Shown here: piece after piece, positions 30,832-40,577 of the stretch | Layout of the letters: each line of letters opens with the position of its first letter | Numbering within the stretch: the stretch's first letter is position 1 | Source: a virus | Lineage: Duplodnaviria > Caudoviricetes | Reading direction: 5' to 3' (one strand) | DNA length: 64,000 nucleotides | IMG/VR virus record: IMGVR_UViG_3300029288_005750 | Location: 10,813 to 74,812 of that record | Position numbers and translations under genes: made by a program | Notes under the pieces: model-generated | Database searches by the model: none | Told to the model about the DNA's origin: nothing | Seen by the model: only the letters and a program-made list of their open reading frames with translations

Positions 30832-31839
30832 TTATTTTTTTTGTTTTACTAAACTAATTTTATCTTTTGATTTTACTTTTTTTCTTTGTAAAGGTTTTCC
30901 TTTGAGGTCATTTGTATTTGATTCTGTTTGAGAAGTAGATTTAATTATTGTTTCTGAATAAATTTCTTTTGATAAATTTAAAAGATTTTCTCCATTTATT
31001 ATACCAATATCACCTTTATCAATACTTTTACCATTTAAGAAAACATTTTTTAAAGATATTTCTCTTAATTTTTTTATTTCATTTGTTTGAATTTCTAATT
31101 CAAAATAAAAGTAATCTGGATTTAATTTTTTATAAAAATATCCTACTTCTTCAGCACCTTCTCCTATTATTTTTTTATTACCCACTTTATAAATTTCTAT
31201 AGATTTGCTATCAACATGCGTTTGCTCATGCGTAGCTTCTAATTCTGCTTTGTTTTTTTCAATATAACTGAATAAATCATGTAAAACATTTTCTGAATAT
31301 TGAATTTGCTCATAATCTGATGTTGCCTGTTCTTTTACTATATTTCTTAATTCCAAATAATTTTTAATATTAGGCTGTCCATAAATTAATTTGTTTGTTA
31401 ATTTATCATGACAAACATCTTTTTGCCCAAATAAAGTATTTAATTGTTCTGAGGACAGTTCAACTTTTGAAGGCTTTCTGTATTGATTAAAATAATCTAT
31501 TTCTTTTTCAAAAAAAGTATTTTCCTTATTATTAGATTTATTGTCAAAATTTAAAAGTTCAGAAATTCTATCTTTATTATTACCATTTTGTATATCTCTT
31601 AAGCGGTTTATTTTTTCCATCCTATTTCTTGTAAATTCGTCTAATGGAAATTTTTCATTACTTAAATTAGTTTTATTAGACTTTTCTTCACTTTCTTCTT
31701 CATAGAAATCACATATAACATCTTGAACCATCTCCTTAAAGAAATCTTCGTTAGATATTTGTTTTGCCATGATTCTAGCCAATTCTTTTTGAACCATGTT
31801 TTTCATTTCTGTTTTCACAGAGTTTTTTATTTTTTTCAT
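30832..31839 (-). CDS. Hypothetical charged protein
   Basis: 335-aa ORF, K/E/N-rich, no motif. Confidence 0.5.
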   Translation of the reverse strand: MKKIKNSVKTEMKNMVQKELARIMAKQISNEDFFKEMVQDVICDFYEEESEEKSNKTNLSNEKFPLDEFTRNRMEKINRLRDIQNGNNKDRISELLNFDNKSNNKENTFFEKEIDYFNQYRKPSKVELSSEQLNTLFGQKDVCHDKLTNKLIYGQPNIKNYLELRNIVKEQATSDYEQIQYSENVLHDLFSYIEKNKAELEATHEQTHVDSKSIEIYKVGNKKIIGEGAEEVGYFYKKLNPDYFYFELEIQTNEIKKLREISLKNVFLNGKSIDKGDIGIINGENLLNLSKEIYSETIIKSTSQTESNTNDLKGKPLQRKKVKSKDKISLVKQKK

Positions 31840-31847
31840 ATTCTTAT

Positions 31848-32618
31848 TTATTTATTTTCAAATAATTTTTTTAGTAACATTTCATTATTTAAATCCTTTA
31901 AATCTTTAAGTGTATAATCAGCTTCATCGTATTGATTATATGGCCTATCAATTTTAATTGATATTTTTCCTTCTGGTTTATTTTGAAACGCCTCTGGAGA
32001 CACATCTACTAAAACATCACAATAATTCCATTTATCTACGCTATCTTTAACAACTTGAACGTTTCTTGCTCTACACCCAGTTTTGTGAAGAAAAAAATAA
32101 TTTGCAGAAATAGCATTTGCTTTTAAATCAGTAATTAAAATTGTTTCAAATAATTTGTTCTGAAGTCCATATGCTTGAATTCTATTAAAATAACTCATTG
32201 CATTTTTATATTCTTCAGAATCTCCAAATATTCTAAACGGATGGTTCTCATACATAAATTTATCTAATGCTTCCTGTGGCGTTAGGATTTTATTTTCAAA
32301 TGAATTAAATTTGTCAAATACAATATTTGATTCATTTGTTTGGAATGCGTTTTCGTTTTCAAATTCTTTTATTTCTTTAAATTGATAGTGATTTAACAAG
32401 TCATAAGTGTCCACTGGAAGAGAAATTAATTCTTTCGCTTTTTCTTCCATTTTCCTTGTTCTGTCCTCATAATCTTGTTCAGTGGGGTTTTTAAGTTGAA
32501 ATTCATCAGTCATTTCGACAATGTTTTCATTATAAATAAAAGTTTTTCTATATTGTTTGTCAAATGCATCAATATAGTTTCTTATTACTCCATCAATTGA
32601 TATCCCTAATTTTTTCAT
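31848..32618 (-). CDS. HAD-superfamily 5'(3')-deoxyribonucleotidase-like protein (degenerate motif I)
   Basis: LGISIDGVIR; CDVLVD; IKIDRPYNQ C-terminal NT5C-like pattern. Confidence 0.6.
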   Translation of the reverse strand: MKKLGISIDGVIRNYIDAFDKQYRKTFIYNENIVEMTDEFQLKNPTEQDYEDRTRKMEEKAKELISLPVDTYDLLNHYQFKEIKEFENENAFQTNESNIVFDKFNSFENKILTPQEALDKFMYENHPFRIFGDSEEYKNAMSYFNRIQAYGLQNKLFETILITDLKANAISANYFFLHKTGCRARNVQVVKDSVDKWNYCDVLVDVSPEAFQNKPEGKISIKIDRPYNQYDEADYTLKDLKDLNNEMLLKKLFENK

Positions 32619-32651
32619 ATGTTCTTATTTTATTTTTTAATTAAATTATTT

Positions 32652-33014
32652 CTACAACCATATGGTTTTTTGAATGCCTATTTCAAACAAAAATCTTTTT
32701 TCATTTTCTGATTCCCTAATAAGAGTTTCAGAATCAAGTTTAAAATCACCACCTGGCAAATTTACATGACTAAATTTTCCTCTAAGTCTACCTAACATTT
32801 CCTTGCAAACTGCCAAAGCATACCTTTTTATCCAAATTTCCTTTATTTTTAATTTCTTTTTATATTGTCTTCTAGAAAGAATAGATGTAATAAGATTAAA
32901 CTCTTCTTCTGCAATTACGAAAGCTTCATTAAATTGCTCTTCTGAAAGTTCAACCGTTATTTGTGGAGCACCAAATCTCAATTTTATTTGATTAATAATT
33001 TCATCGTTTTTCAT
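32652..33014 (-). CDS. Short neck protein (T4 gp13-like)
   Basis: LRFGAPQITVELSEEQ and WIKRYALAVCKEMLGRLRGKF...LPGG motifs. Confidence 0.7.
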   Translation of the reverse strand: MKNDEIINQIKLRFGAPQITVELSEEQFNEAFVIAEEEFNLITSILSRRQYKKKLKIKEIWIKRYALAVCKEMLGRLRGKFSHVNLPGGDFKLDSETLIRESENEKRFLFEIGIQKTIWL

Positions 33015-33041
33015 AAATTAACTTATTAGTTTTATGAAAAA

Positions 33042-33077
33042 TAAAAAAAGCCTTTATTAATATAAAGACTTTTTTAT
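33042..33077 (-). terminator. Intrinsic terminator after A1-like gene
   Basis: Minus strand AAAAAAGTCTTTAT-loop-ATAAAGGCTTTTTTT (one G.U pair) followed by a U-tract. Confidence 0.6.
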
Positions 33078-33094
33078 TAAATATTTAAAAAAAA

Positions 33095-34651
33095 TTATTC
33101 GAAAGTGGTAAATTCAGCATTTGGGCCAATATATAATATAGTTTGGCATTTTCCATCATTGTGAATTATTACATCTGAGTGAACCCAATCAGATGCTGAA
33201 TGATTATATCCTTGTCTTAATTTGCAATTACATCCAACTTGAACAGCTCCATCAAATCTCCCAACTCCATGACCATGAGCAGTTATTATTTTGGTATTTA
33301 GTCGTTTAAATTGTTGTATATTACCTCTTGACCCGCATGTTCCATCCATTCCATGTTTACTCAATTCCCATCCTTTAACTTTATAAGAGCCATCTCTTGG
33401 TAAAACTTTGATATTTGGGAATTTTTGATTAATAATATAACCCAACAAGCCATTTGGAGCTTTGTCTTCTAATAAGATTTTGGAGTATTCAACAAATTCA
33501 AGTGCATTTTTTATATTTTTTTTAGGGTCTGAATTAATAATATATCTATCTAAAAAATTATCATGATTGGAAAAAACCACAACCAAATTATATTTTTTTA
33601 TTGTATCTAAGAAATCTAAAATTTTATTAATTTCATTTTTTAATGAACTTACATCCTCAACTTCGTTTCTATATTGCTGAATCCAATTCTTTTCTTCATG
33701 TGGGTTAACACTTTTAAAATCTGCCAAATCATGTAAAAATATTTCTTTTGGATTTAGCTTTGGTATTAATTCAGAAAAAGACCTATTTATTACTATTTCA
33801 TCATGGGCACCATAATGTATATCCCCTTTAACTATTGCAGGAATTTCAGTGTTTCTGGTTACATTTCCATCATTAATATTCCAATATAAGTCATTAAAGT
33901 TGCCATTTTCTTTAGCTGTTATTTGTCTAGCATAAAATGTTTGTTCATCTTTTATTTCAACTATTACAGCCCCATATGTTAAATGGAATTCTGAAATATG
34001 GCCAATTTTACTATCTGTAAAATTCGGTTTAGTTAAATTACCAGTTGTAAACATTATTCTTGGTTTATCATCTAAAACTGGCAATGATTTCATATGCACT
34101 CTTGGATGTCCCACAATACATGATTCACTACACAAGCATTCTAAATTTGATAAGGGGAGTATTGCCGTGGGCTGAATTTTAACATTACTTAAAACAGTTA
34201 TTTTATTATTTAAATCATGTCTATTTAGAGTGAGATATGGTACGATTTTCTCATCCCACCACTCTTCTTTTCTATTACAATCTAATATAATACTTGTTGG
34301 ATTATGATATCTGTATGGTATTACAAGTATTTCTGCGTCTATAAAGTCAGCATAAGCAAGTAAATTTTTCCAAAACCCAAGATTTATTTTTGTAGCATTT
34401 TGTGCCGCCGTTATTAAAAACTTTTTCTTTTTAGTATCATGTTGTTTCTTTTTAGCAATTTCCAGTTGTTCTGGAATAATTTCAGTTTTTTCAGAAAATC
34501 CCAATTTTGAACACCATTTTCTTACAGTACGTTCTCCTTTATTAAAAAACTTCATTAAAATTGACATCCTTTTGTCCCAGGATAATGAATTGTCTTTATA
34601 AATTTCTCTTACTTTTTTGATATCGCCTTCTGTTAAATCTTTAAACTTCAT
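33095..34651 (-). CDS. Metallophosphoesterase nuclease with N-terminal HTH, T5 A1-like
   Basis: ERTVRKW HTH; FLITAAQNAT; GDIHYG, LHDLAD, SNHD, HG, AHGH calcineurin-like motifs; start placed at MKFKDL downstream of the promoter. Confidence 0.65.
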   Translation of the reverse strand: MKFKDLTEGDIKKVREIYKDNSLSWDKRMSILMKFFNKGERTVRKWCSKLGFSEKTEIIPEQLEIAKKKQHDTKKKKFLITAAQNATKINLGFWKNLLAYADFIDAEILVIPYRYHNPTSIILDCNRKEEWWDEKIVPYLTLNRHDLNNKITVLSNVKIQPTAILPLSNLECLCSESCIVGHPRVHMKSLPVLDDKPRIMFTTGNLTKPNFTDSKIGHISEFHLTYGAVIVEIKDEQTFYARQITAKENGNFNDLYWNINDGNVTRNTEIPAIVKGDIHYGAHDEIVINRSFSELIPKLNPKEIFLHDLADFKSVNPHEEKNWIQQYRNEVEDVSSLKNEINKILDFLDTIKKYNLVVVFSNHDNFLDRYIINSDPKKNIKNALEFVEYSKILLEDKAPNGLLGYIINQKFPNIKVLPRDGSYKVKGWELSKHGMDGTCGSRGNIQQFKRLNTKIITAHGHGVGRFDGAVQVGCNCKLRQGYNHSASDWVHSDVIIHNDGKCQTILYIGPNAEFTTFE

Positions 34652-34669
34652 ATCTTTTATTTTTTGTTG

Positions 34670-34701
34670 CAAATATATAAAAAAAAAGTTAAAAATGCAA
34701 A
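34670..34701 (-). promoter_or_regulatory. Bacteroidota-type housekeeping sigma promoter
   Basis: Minus strand TTTG-N20-TATATTTG, 18 nt upstream of ATG 34651. Confidence 0.65.
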
Positions 34702-34805
34702 ATTTTTTATTTTTATTAAACATAAATTTTTTTTATTTTTTTTGTAACTTTTTTATGTTTTTACGTATTATATACATATTTAATATAAAATTTGTATAAA
34801 ATAAA

Positions 34806-35936
34806 ATGAAAACAGAAGTTGAAATAGTTGAAGAGAAGGATGACCCTCTCGGTCAAAGCACAAAATTCAAAGAAAAATATTATCCACAAACAACAAATAT
34901 CCAATGGAATGATTGGAAATGGCAACTGTCAAATTCAATAAAAACAACAGTCCAACTTAAAAGATTTTTAAAAATTACAGAAGAAGAAAACGTAGATAGC
35001 TCTAAACTTCCATTACGAATAACTCCATATTACCTTAGTTTAATCTACAATAGCCTAGAGTTAAGAAAAACTATGGTATCTACCATAAATGAACTTAAAG
35101 AAAACTTTGGAGAAAAAATAGACCCACTTAACGAAAATGAAGATTCTCCTTTGCCGGGGCTTGTTCATAGATATCCAGATAGAGTTTTGTTTTTAGCAAC
35201 AGATTTTTGCTCTGCAAATTGTAGATATTGTACTAGGTCAAGAATTATTGGAAAGGGAGTAGAAAATGTAAATTATGATAAAATTATAAACTATATCAAA
35301 GACCACTCAGAGATAAGAGATGTTATTTTATCTGGAGGAGACCCACTTACTCTTTCCGATGAAACAATTGAATATATACTTGAAAACTTAAGAAACATAC
35401 CTCATGTGGAAATAATAAGAATTGGTACCAAGGTTCCATTTGTATTACCACAGAGAATAACTGATAATCTAATTAATATTTTGAAAAAATATCATCCTCT
35501 TTTTATGAGTATACATTCGACTCATCCTGATGAAATTACAGATGAATCAAAAAAAGCTGTAATAAAACTTGCAGATGCTGGTATTGTTTTGGGAAGTCAA
35601 ACGGTTTTATTAAAAGGTGTAAACAATAATTCAAAAACATTAAAAAAATTATTTCATGAACTTTTGAAAATAAGAATTAGACCTTATTATTTATATCAAT
35701 GTGACCCAATTATTGGTTCTTATCATTTTAAAACAACAATTAAAGAAGGATTAGATATTATTGAATCATTGAGAGGATTTACAAGTGGGTATGCAATTCC
35801 GCAATATGTTATTGATGCTCCTGGCGGCGGAGGGAAAATTCCAATATTACCAAATTCGATAGTTTCGATAGACGAAAACTTTATTTATCTAAAAAATTAT
35901 GAAAATGAAATATTTAAATACCCAATTTTTCAATAA
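34806..35936 (+). CDS. kamA: KamA-family radical SAM lysine 2,3-aminomutase
   Basis: WNDWKWQ; HRYPDRVL; CSANCRYCTR (CxxxCxxC); ILSGGDPL; YLYQCD; DAPGGGGKIP PLP-lysine motif. Confidence 0.88.
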   Translation: MKTEVEIVEEKDDPLGQSTKFKEKYYPQTTNIQWNDWKWQLSNSIKTTVQLKRFLKITEEENVDSSKLPLRITPYYLSLIYNSLELRKTMVSTINELKENFGEKIDPLNENEDSPLPGLVHRYPDRVLFLATDFCSANCRYCTRSRIIGKGVENVNYDKIINYIKDHSEIRDVILSGGDPLTLSDETIEYILENLRNIPHVEIIRIGTKVPFVLPQRITDNLINILKKYHPLFMSIHSTHPDEITDESKKAVIKLADAGIVLGSQTVLLKGVNNNSKTLKKLFHELLKIRIRPYYLYQCDPIIGSYHFKTTIKEGLDIIESLRGFTSGYAIPQYVIDAPGGGGKIPILPNSIVSIDENFIYLKNYENEIFKYPIFQ

Positions 35937-35992
35937 AAAATTTTTATAATAAAATTCTTTTCATATTTATATAAAATTAAATTTATATAATT

Positions 35993-36412
35993 ATGACAGC
36001 AAGAAAATTTGCTATAAATGACATCAGAAATGTTGTCAAATCTGTGATAAATGAAGGATTTTATGATAGTAATTGGATTTCTGCTTTGCAAAAAGAATTT
36101 AATGCAAATGTAAAAGTTGATTTAGAAAAAAGTATTAAGCCTCTATATGGGGGTGGTTCATATACTATGATTGGGTATGAAGTGATTTTAAAAAATCCAT
36201 CAACAAGCATTACGGGTTTTATTTTAGAAGGACTTCAAATAAATGGAATATTTGTAAATCCAGCTATTATTGTTTTAAAAAACAACATTGCTGAACTGCA
36301 TGGGTCACTTAAAAATGATATTATTTATGGTGAAACACAAGAGACTAATATTAAAAAAATATTAAGTTTAATAAAAAATAAATTATCTAGCATAAGTAAA
36401 TATAATACTTAA
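35993..36412 (+). CDS. Hypothetical protein (possible head-internal protein)
   Basis: N-terminal IRNVVKSVINE; upstream TATTTATA at 35964-35971. Confidence 0.5.
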   Translation: MTARKFAINDIRNVVKSVINEGFYDSNWISALQKEFNANVKVDLEKSIKPLYGGGSYTMIGYEVILKNPSTSITGFILEGLQINGIFVNPAIIVLKNNIAELHGSLKNDIIYGETQETNIKKILSLIKNKLSSISKYNT

Positions 36413-37212
36413 ATTTTATTAAATAAAATTTCTTGTAATATTTTTTCAACATTTTCTACTAAATTAATATATTTTTTTGATAAAACAGAATTATTTTCTA
36501 TTCCCAATAACATAGTATTATAACTTTCTAAAGATAAGTTGTTACAAACATTTATAATATCCTTTAAATCATCAACTATAATTATTGAACTTATGTCAAA
36601 AAAATCTTTTATATTTGGGCATCCCCAATATATAGGTATAGTTTTTGTAACAAAACAATCAATTAATTTTTCAGTAAAATAATTTTTTTGTCTTGAATTT
36701 TCTATACAAATATGAAATTGTGATTCAAAAAGCGGTTCTTTTAAATCTTGCAATATCTTGTTATTGTTAAAATTTTCAACTCCCAAATATTGACTAATAT
36801 AAAAATCTATTGGGTTTATTATCTTAGTTTGTTTATAGTGTACTTTTTTTCTTAATATATGGCCATCTGTTATTTCTTTATGCCCAGTTATGTTTGATAT
36901 TTGGAATTTTTTATTTGGGAAATTGTAGTTATGTATCCAGGTTGTACCAAATGGTAAAAAATAGGAATTATTACATCTTTTTAAAATTTCTTCATCATAA
37001 GCGATTATAGCATCAAATTTATTTTGATTCTTTATAGTTTCATTCCTTAATTTACATATTGCCTCAGCTTCTTTTATATATAAAATTTTAAAGCTATCTT
37101 CATTTGAATTATATCCTTGAAAACTGTCTATAAAAAGGCGAATTGGCTTTTTATACTCAATTTCAACATTTGGCCAATCTGGATATGTATAAGAATTAAC
37201 AATTTGCTTCAT
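36409..37212 (-). CDS. Glycosyltransferase family 10 (alpha-1,3-fucosyltransferase-like)
   Basis: FHICIENSRQKNYFTEKLIDCFVTKTIPIYWG alpha-3-FucT motif. Confidence 0.8.
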   Translation of the reverse strand: MKQIVNSYTYPDWPNVEIEYKKPIRLFIDSFQGYNSNEDSFKILYIKEAEAICKLRNETIKNQNKFDAIIAYDEEILKRCNNSYFLPFGTTWIHNYNFPNKKFQISNITGHKEITDGHILRKKVHYKQTKIINPIDFYISQYLGVENFNNNKILQDLKEPLFESQFHICIENSRQKNYFTEKLIDCFVTKTIPIYWGCPNIKDFFDISSIIIVDDLKDIINVCNNLSLESYNTMLLGIENNSVLSKKYINLVENVEKILQEILFNKI

Positions 37213-37215
37213 ATG

Positions 37216-37869
37216 TTATTTTTTAGGAATAAAAATCATATCTGTTTCCCACCAATCTTCCGAATTTGGAAGATGCCATTTTTTTTCATATCTACCATCA
37301 AAAAACTTTTCAAAATCTAAATACTTATTGGTGGGCAAATCTATATATATTGGGGGAGTTTTATCCCACTCTACTTCACTTTTAATAATATCTATATTTT
37401 TATTATCAACAAAATCTTTTAAAGTTTTTAAAACAGTTAAGTCATATCCTTGTAAATCAGTGACCAATTTATCTATTCTCTGTATTTTTAGTTCTTTTAA
37501 AAAATTTCCTAAGTTTATTGTTTTTGCCTCAATTATTTTAATTGGAGAATTATGTAAAACTCCACCTTCATTTTTTAAATGGTCAAATTCTGGATTAATT
37601 GTACCCAATGTTGCTGATGGGTCCCAATTTTCAAATATATTAAATTTAACAATTTCTCCATCTTTATCTGTTAATGCATAATTAAAAAAACGGAAGCTTT
37701 TTCTCAGTGTAGACTTAAATCTTTCTTGACAAATTTTTATTTTATCAGGATTAGCGTCAAATCCATATATAATGTCATAATCATCGCATTCTTCATATAC
37801 TCCATCGCCATTATTAACTCCACAATAAACTAACAATCTTTCCCTTTGACCATAATAAGTACTTATCAT
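37216..37869 (-). CDS. FkbM-family methyltransferase
   Basis: YCGVNNG; IYGFDANP; IDKLVTDLQGYDLTVL; start placed at MISTYY. Confidence 0.75.
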   Translation of the reverse strand: MISTYYGQRERLLVYCGVNNGDGVYEECDDYDIIYGFDANPDKIKICQERFKSTLRKSFRFFNYALTDKDGEIVKFNIFENWDPSATLGTINPEFDHLKNEGGVLHNSPIKIIEAKTINLGNFLKELKIQRIDKLVTDLQGYDLTVLKTLKDFVDNKNIDIIKSEVEWDKTPPIYIDLPTNKYLDFEKFFDGRYEKKWHLPNSEDWWETDMIFIPKK

Positions 37870-37885
37870 AATATTTATTTTTAAA

Positions 37886-38506
37886 TTATTCTTTAACATA
37901 TATGTCGTCACAATCCATAACTTCTACTAGTTTATATCCCTTAGACTTCATAAACTTTTTAAATTTTAATTCATGATAATTATTTTCTACACTAAACGCA
38001 TATATATTAAATTTTTCAAAATCTATTGTTTGTAAAACATTAAATTCTCCACCTTCTATATCTAAACTGCAATAATCAATATTAAATATATTGTAAGATA
38101 TAAGTACCTCATTTAAGTTATAGCATTGGACTTCTATTTCTTTTTTTGTTCCTCCAAAAGCTTTTAACTCATATTCTATTCTTTGTAAGTGTTTTTCATT
38201 ATATTCAGATTTCAATCCACTTAGCATTTCAGAATATCCTTTAATTTCAACAAAAACATCTTTTTTCGTTTCTTTTGATATACATCCATTTAAACAAATG
38301 CATTTTCTGTTGTTTTTTAATTTTTCAAATAACGCAGGATATGGTTCTACGCATATTCCTGTCCATCCCAATTCTCTTTCAAAAAAAAGAGTGTTATTAA
38401 TTGCCAACCCGTCATTGGCGCCTATATCTAAAAAAATACCATTTTTTTTATTCTTAAAAATATTTTCATTGAGAAATTTATCTTGTAAATGTTGTCCATT
38501 ATACAT
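37886..38506 (-). CDS. FkbM-family methyltransferase
   Basis: FLDIGANDG...NTLFFE...WTGICVEP...SLDIEGGE. Confidence 0.88.
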   Translation of the reverse strand: MYNGQHLQDKFLNENIFKNKKNGIFLDIGANDGLAINNTLFFERELGWTGICVEPYPALFEKLKNNRKCICLNGCISKETKKDVFVEIKGYSEMLSGLKSEYNEKHLQRIEYELKAFGGTKKEIEVQCYNLNEVLISYNIFNIDYCSLDIEGGEFNVLQTIDFEKFNIYAFSVENNYHELKFKKFMKSKGYKLVEVMDCDDIYVKE

Positions 38507-38514
38507 AATTTGTT

Positions 38515-39207
38515 CTATTTTAAAAAGTTTTTTAATTTATTAATATTCATAGAAACATTTGTTGGCATTGTAGAATTAAACAAATAAGTCCCAGGTTTAA
38601 CATCGCTTTTTGTCTCTTTCGCTAAATCATACATTGTTTTAATATCAGTTCCTACATTAAAAATTCCAATTGCGTTTTTATTAATAAGTTGTATTATAAT
38701 TGGCACTATTTTATCAACATAATCAAAGTTCCCAATTTGATTAATATATGCATATTCATAAGTAAAAGGAGATTTTTTTTGTGTAGTTCTTATTAGTAAA
38801 TAGTCATTTGCTTTTAATTGAACATATGCATCTCCTAAAAGTTTTGTATACCCATACCAATTGGCACAATGCACTGGAACATCTTCTTCTGAGGCATTAT
38901 CAATTGAATTTGAGTATATATAATCTGTAGAAATATGAATAATTTTCTTTTTATTTTCACTACAATAATCAACTAAATTAGATAAAGCTCTATAATTAGT
39001 ATTCCAATGAGATTGTTTGTCTAAAGAATATGTATTTGTATTAGCAATGCAATTGATTATTTCATCATATTTTTCTAAAAAAATAGAATAACTTTTAAAA
39101 TCACAAAAATCCATTCCATCTTTTTTTCTGCTAATATAATCCCATTTTGTTGTTTCTTGGATAAATTTTCCAAGCAATCCGTCTCCTAAAATAAGCCTAT
39201 TTTTCAT
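38515..39207 (-). CDS. RmlD-like NDP-4-keto-sugar reductase (SDR)
   Basis: LGDGLLG; HISTDYIY; YGYTK catalytic YxxxK. Confidence 0.8.
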   Translation of the reverse strand: MKNRLILGDGLLGKFIQETTKWDYISRKKDGMDFCDFKSYSIFLEKYDEIINCIANTNTYSLDKQSHWNTNYRALSNLVDYCSENKKKIIHISTDYIYSNSIDNASEEDVPVHCANWYGYTKLLGDAYVQLKANDYLLIRTTQKKSPFTYEYAYINQIGNFDYVDKIVPIIIQLINKNAIGIFNVGTDIKTMYDLAKETKSDVKPGTYLFNSTMPTNVSMNINKLKNFLK

Positions 39208-40513
39208 TTTTAAAATTTTTTAAAATGGTTTCGAAATAATCAAAAACATCACTGTTGTAATGTGGAGATGCTCCCAAAAAGAAAACTTGGTCTAAAACTT
39301 TATTTGCTATAGGATAATTTCTAAAATTACCAAATTCTTTATATGCTGGATGTAATAATATATTTCCTGCAAAATAATTTCTCGTTTGAATTTTGTTCTT
39401 TTCGAGATATGTGACAAGTTTGTGTTTAAATTCATAATTATCACAAACTATTGGAGTGCCAAACCATGATGTTGATGCTTTTGATAATTCATTTATAACT
39501 GTAACTTCTGGAATATATTTTTCAAAAATGCTCTGTATCGTATTTTTACTTATAATACGTTTTTTGTGAATTTCTTCAAATTTTTCTAATTGGACTTTCC
39601 CAATTGCACCTTGTAAATCTAGTGGTTTTAAATTATATCCTAAATTTACAAAAAAATATTTATGGTCTATTATTTTGTCTGAATCTGGCAACCATTTACT
39701 AAATCTTTTTTTACATATTCCATTGGGAATTATATTTTGAGACCCTACACAAGAGCAGTCCCTTCCCCACCAAGCCATACTTCTAGCAGTTTTAATTATA
39801 TCATAATTGTCGGATGTTATCATTCCCCCTTCTCCAGTTGTAATATGATGTGCAGGATAAAATGAATAAGAAGACGCAGTAGCATATTCATTTAAATATT
39901 TTCCATTCCACTTACTTCCCAAACTATCGCAATTATCTAAAACAAGCATGATACTATGTTTGTTACATATATCTAAAAGAATATCAATATTACATGGATT
40001 TCCTAACACTGGGGATAAAAATATTGCTTTTGTTTTTGAATTTATATTTTTTTCAATTAAAGATAAATCAAAATTAAGAGAATCAAACTCAATATCTATA
40101 AATTTAGGTTTAAGTTTATTAATTATTATCGAAGATAATGTAGTTGGGAACCCTACAACAGAAAGTATTATTTCATCATTATCTTTCCAGTCAAATGTTT
40201 TTTTTAAAGCGGCAATAAGCATCAAATTTGCAGAGCTTCCAGAATTGACCATAACAGAGTGTCTTTGGCTAAATTTTATAGAAAAAAGCTTTTCAAATAA
40301 ATCAACATTTTCTCCCGCAGATAACCAAGACCCTAATATAAGAGATTTAATAGCTTCTGTAATTTCTCTTGAATCCCAATAGGGACCAGAATAATAAACT
40401 GGAGTAACTCCAGGAATAAACTTAGTATCATTATAAACATATTTTAATGTGTTAAAATTTTTTCCGAGACTATTAATTAAATCTTCAATTTGAATATTTA
40501 CACTTTCATTCAT
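39197..40513 (-). CDS. rfbH: CDP-4-keto-6-deoxyglucose 3-dehydrase (RfbH/DdhC-like)
   Basis: VNSGSSANL; DNCDSLGS; SFYPAHHITTGEGG (His in place of the PLP Lys); WGRDCSC...C Fe-S cysteines; DHKY; GYNLK. Confidence 0.85.
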   Translation of the reverse strand: MNESVNIQIEDLINSLGKNFNTLKYVYNDTKFIPGVTPVYYSGPYWDSREITEAIKSLILGSWLSAGENVDLFEKLFSIKFSQRHSVMVNSGSSANLMLIAALKKTFDWKDNDEIILSVVGFPTTLSSIIINKLKPKFIDIEFDSLNFDLSLIEKNINSKTKAIFLSPVLGNPCNIDILLDICNKHSIMLVLDNCDSLGSKWNGKYLNEYATASSYSFYPAHHITTGEGGMITSDNYDIIKTARSMAWWGRDCSCVGSQNIIPNGICKKRFSKWLPDSDKIIDHKYFFVNLGYNLKPLDLQGAIGKVQLEKFEEIHKKRIISKNTIQSIFEKYIPEVTVINELSKASTSWFGTPIVCDNYEFKHKLVTYLEKNKIQTRNYFAGNILLHPAYKEFGNFRNYPIANKVLDQVFFLGASPHYNSDVFDYFETILKNFKNEK

Positions 40514-40577
40514 AAATTTTTTATATTTATGATAATAATAAGAAAATTTTATTAAAATTTCAAATTTAATATAATAT

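Noticed and set aside
34806-35936. Calling the aminomutase EpmB/YjeK or glutamate 2,3-aminomutase
   Set aside because: DAPGGGGK and the WNDWKWQ N-terminus are KamA-type, the acidic substrate residues are retained, and no epmA/efp is nearby
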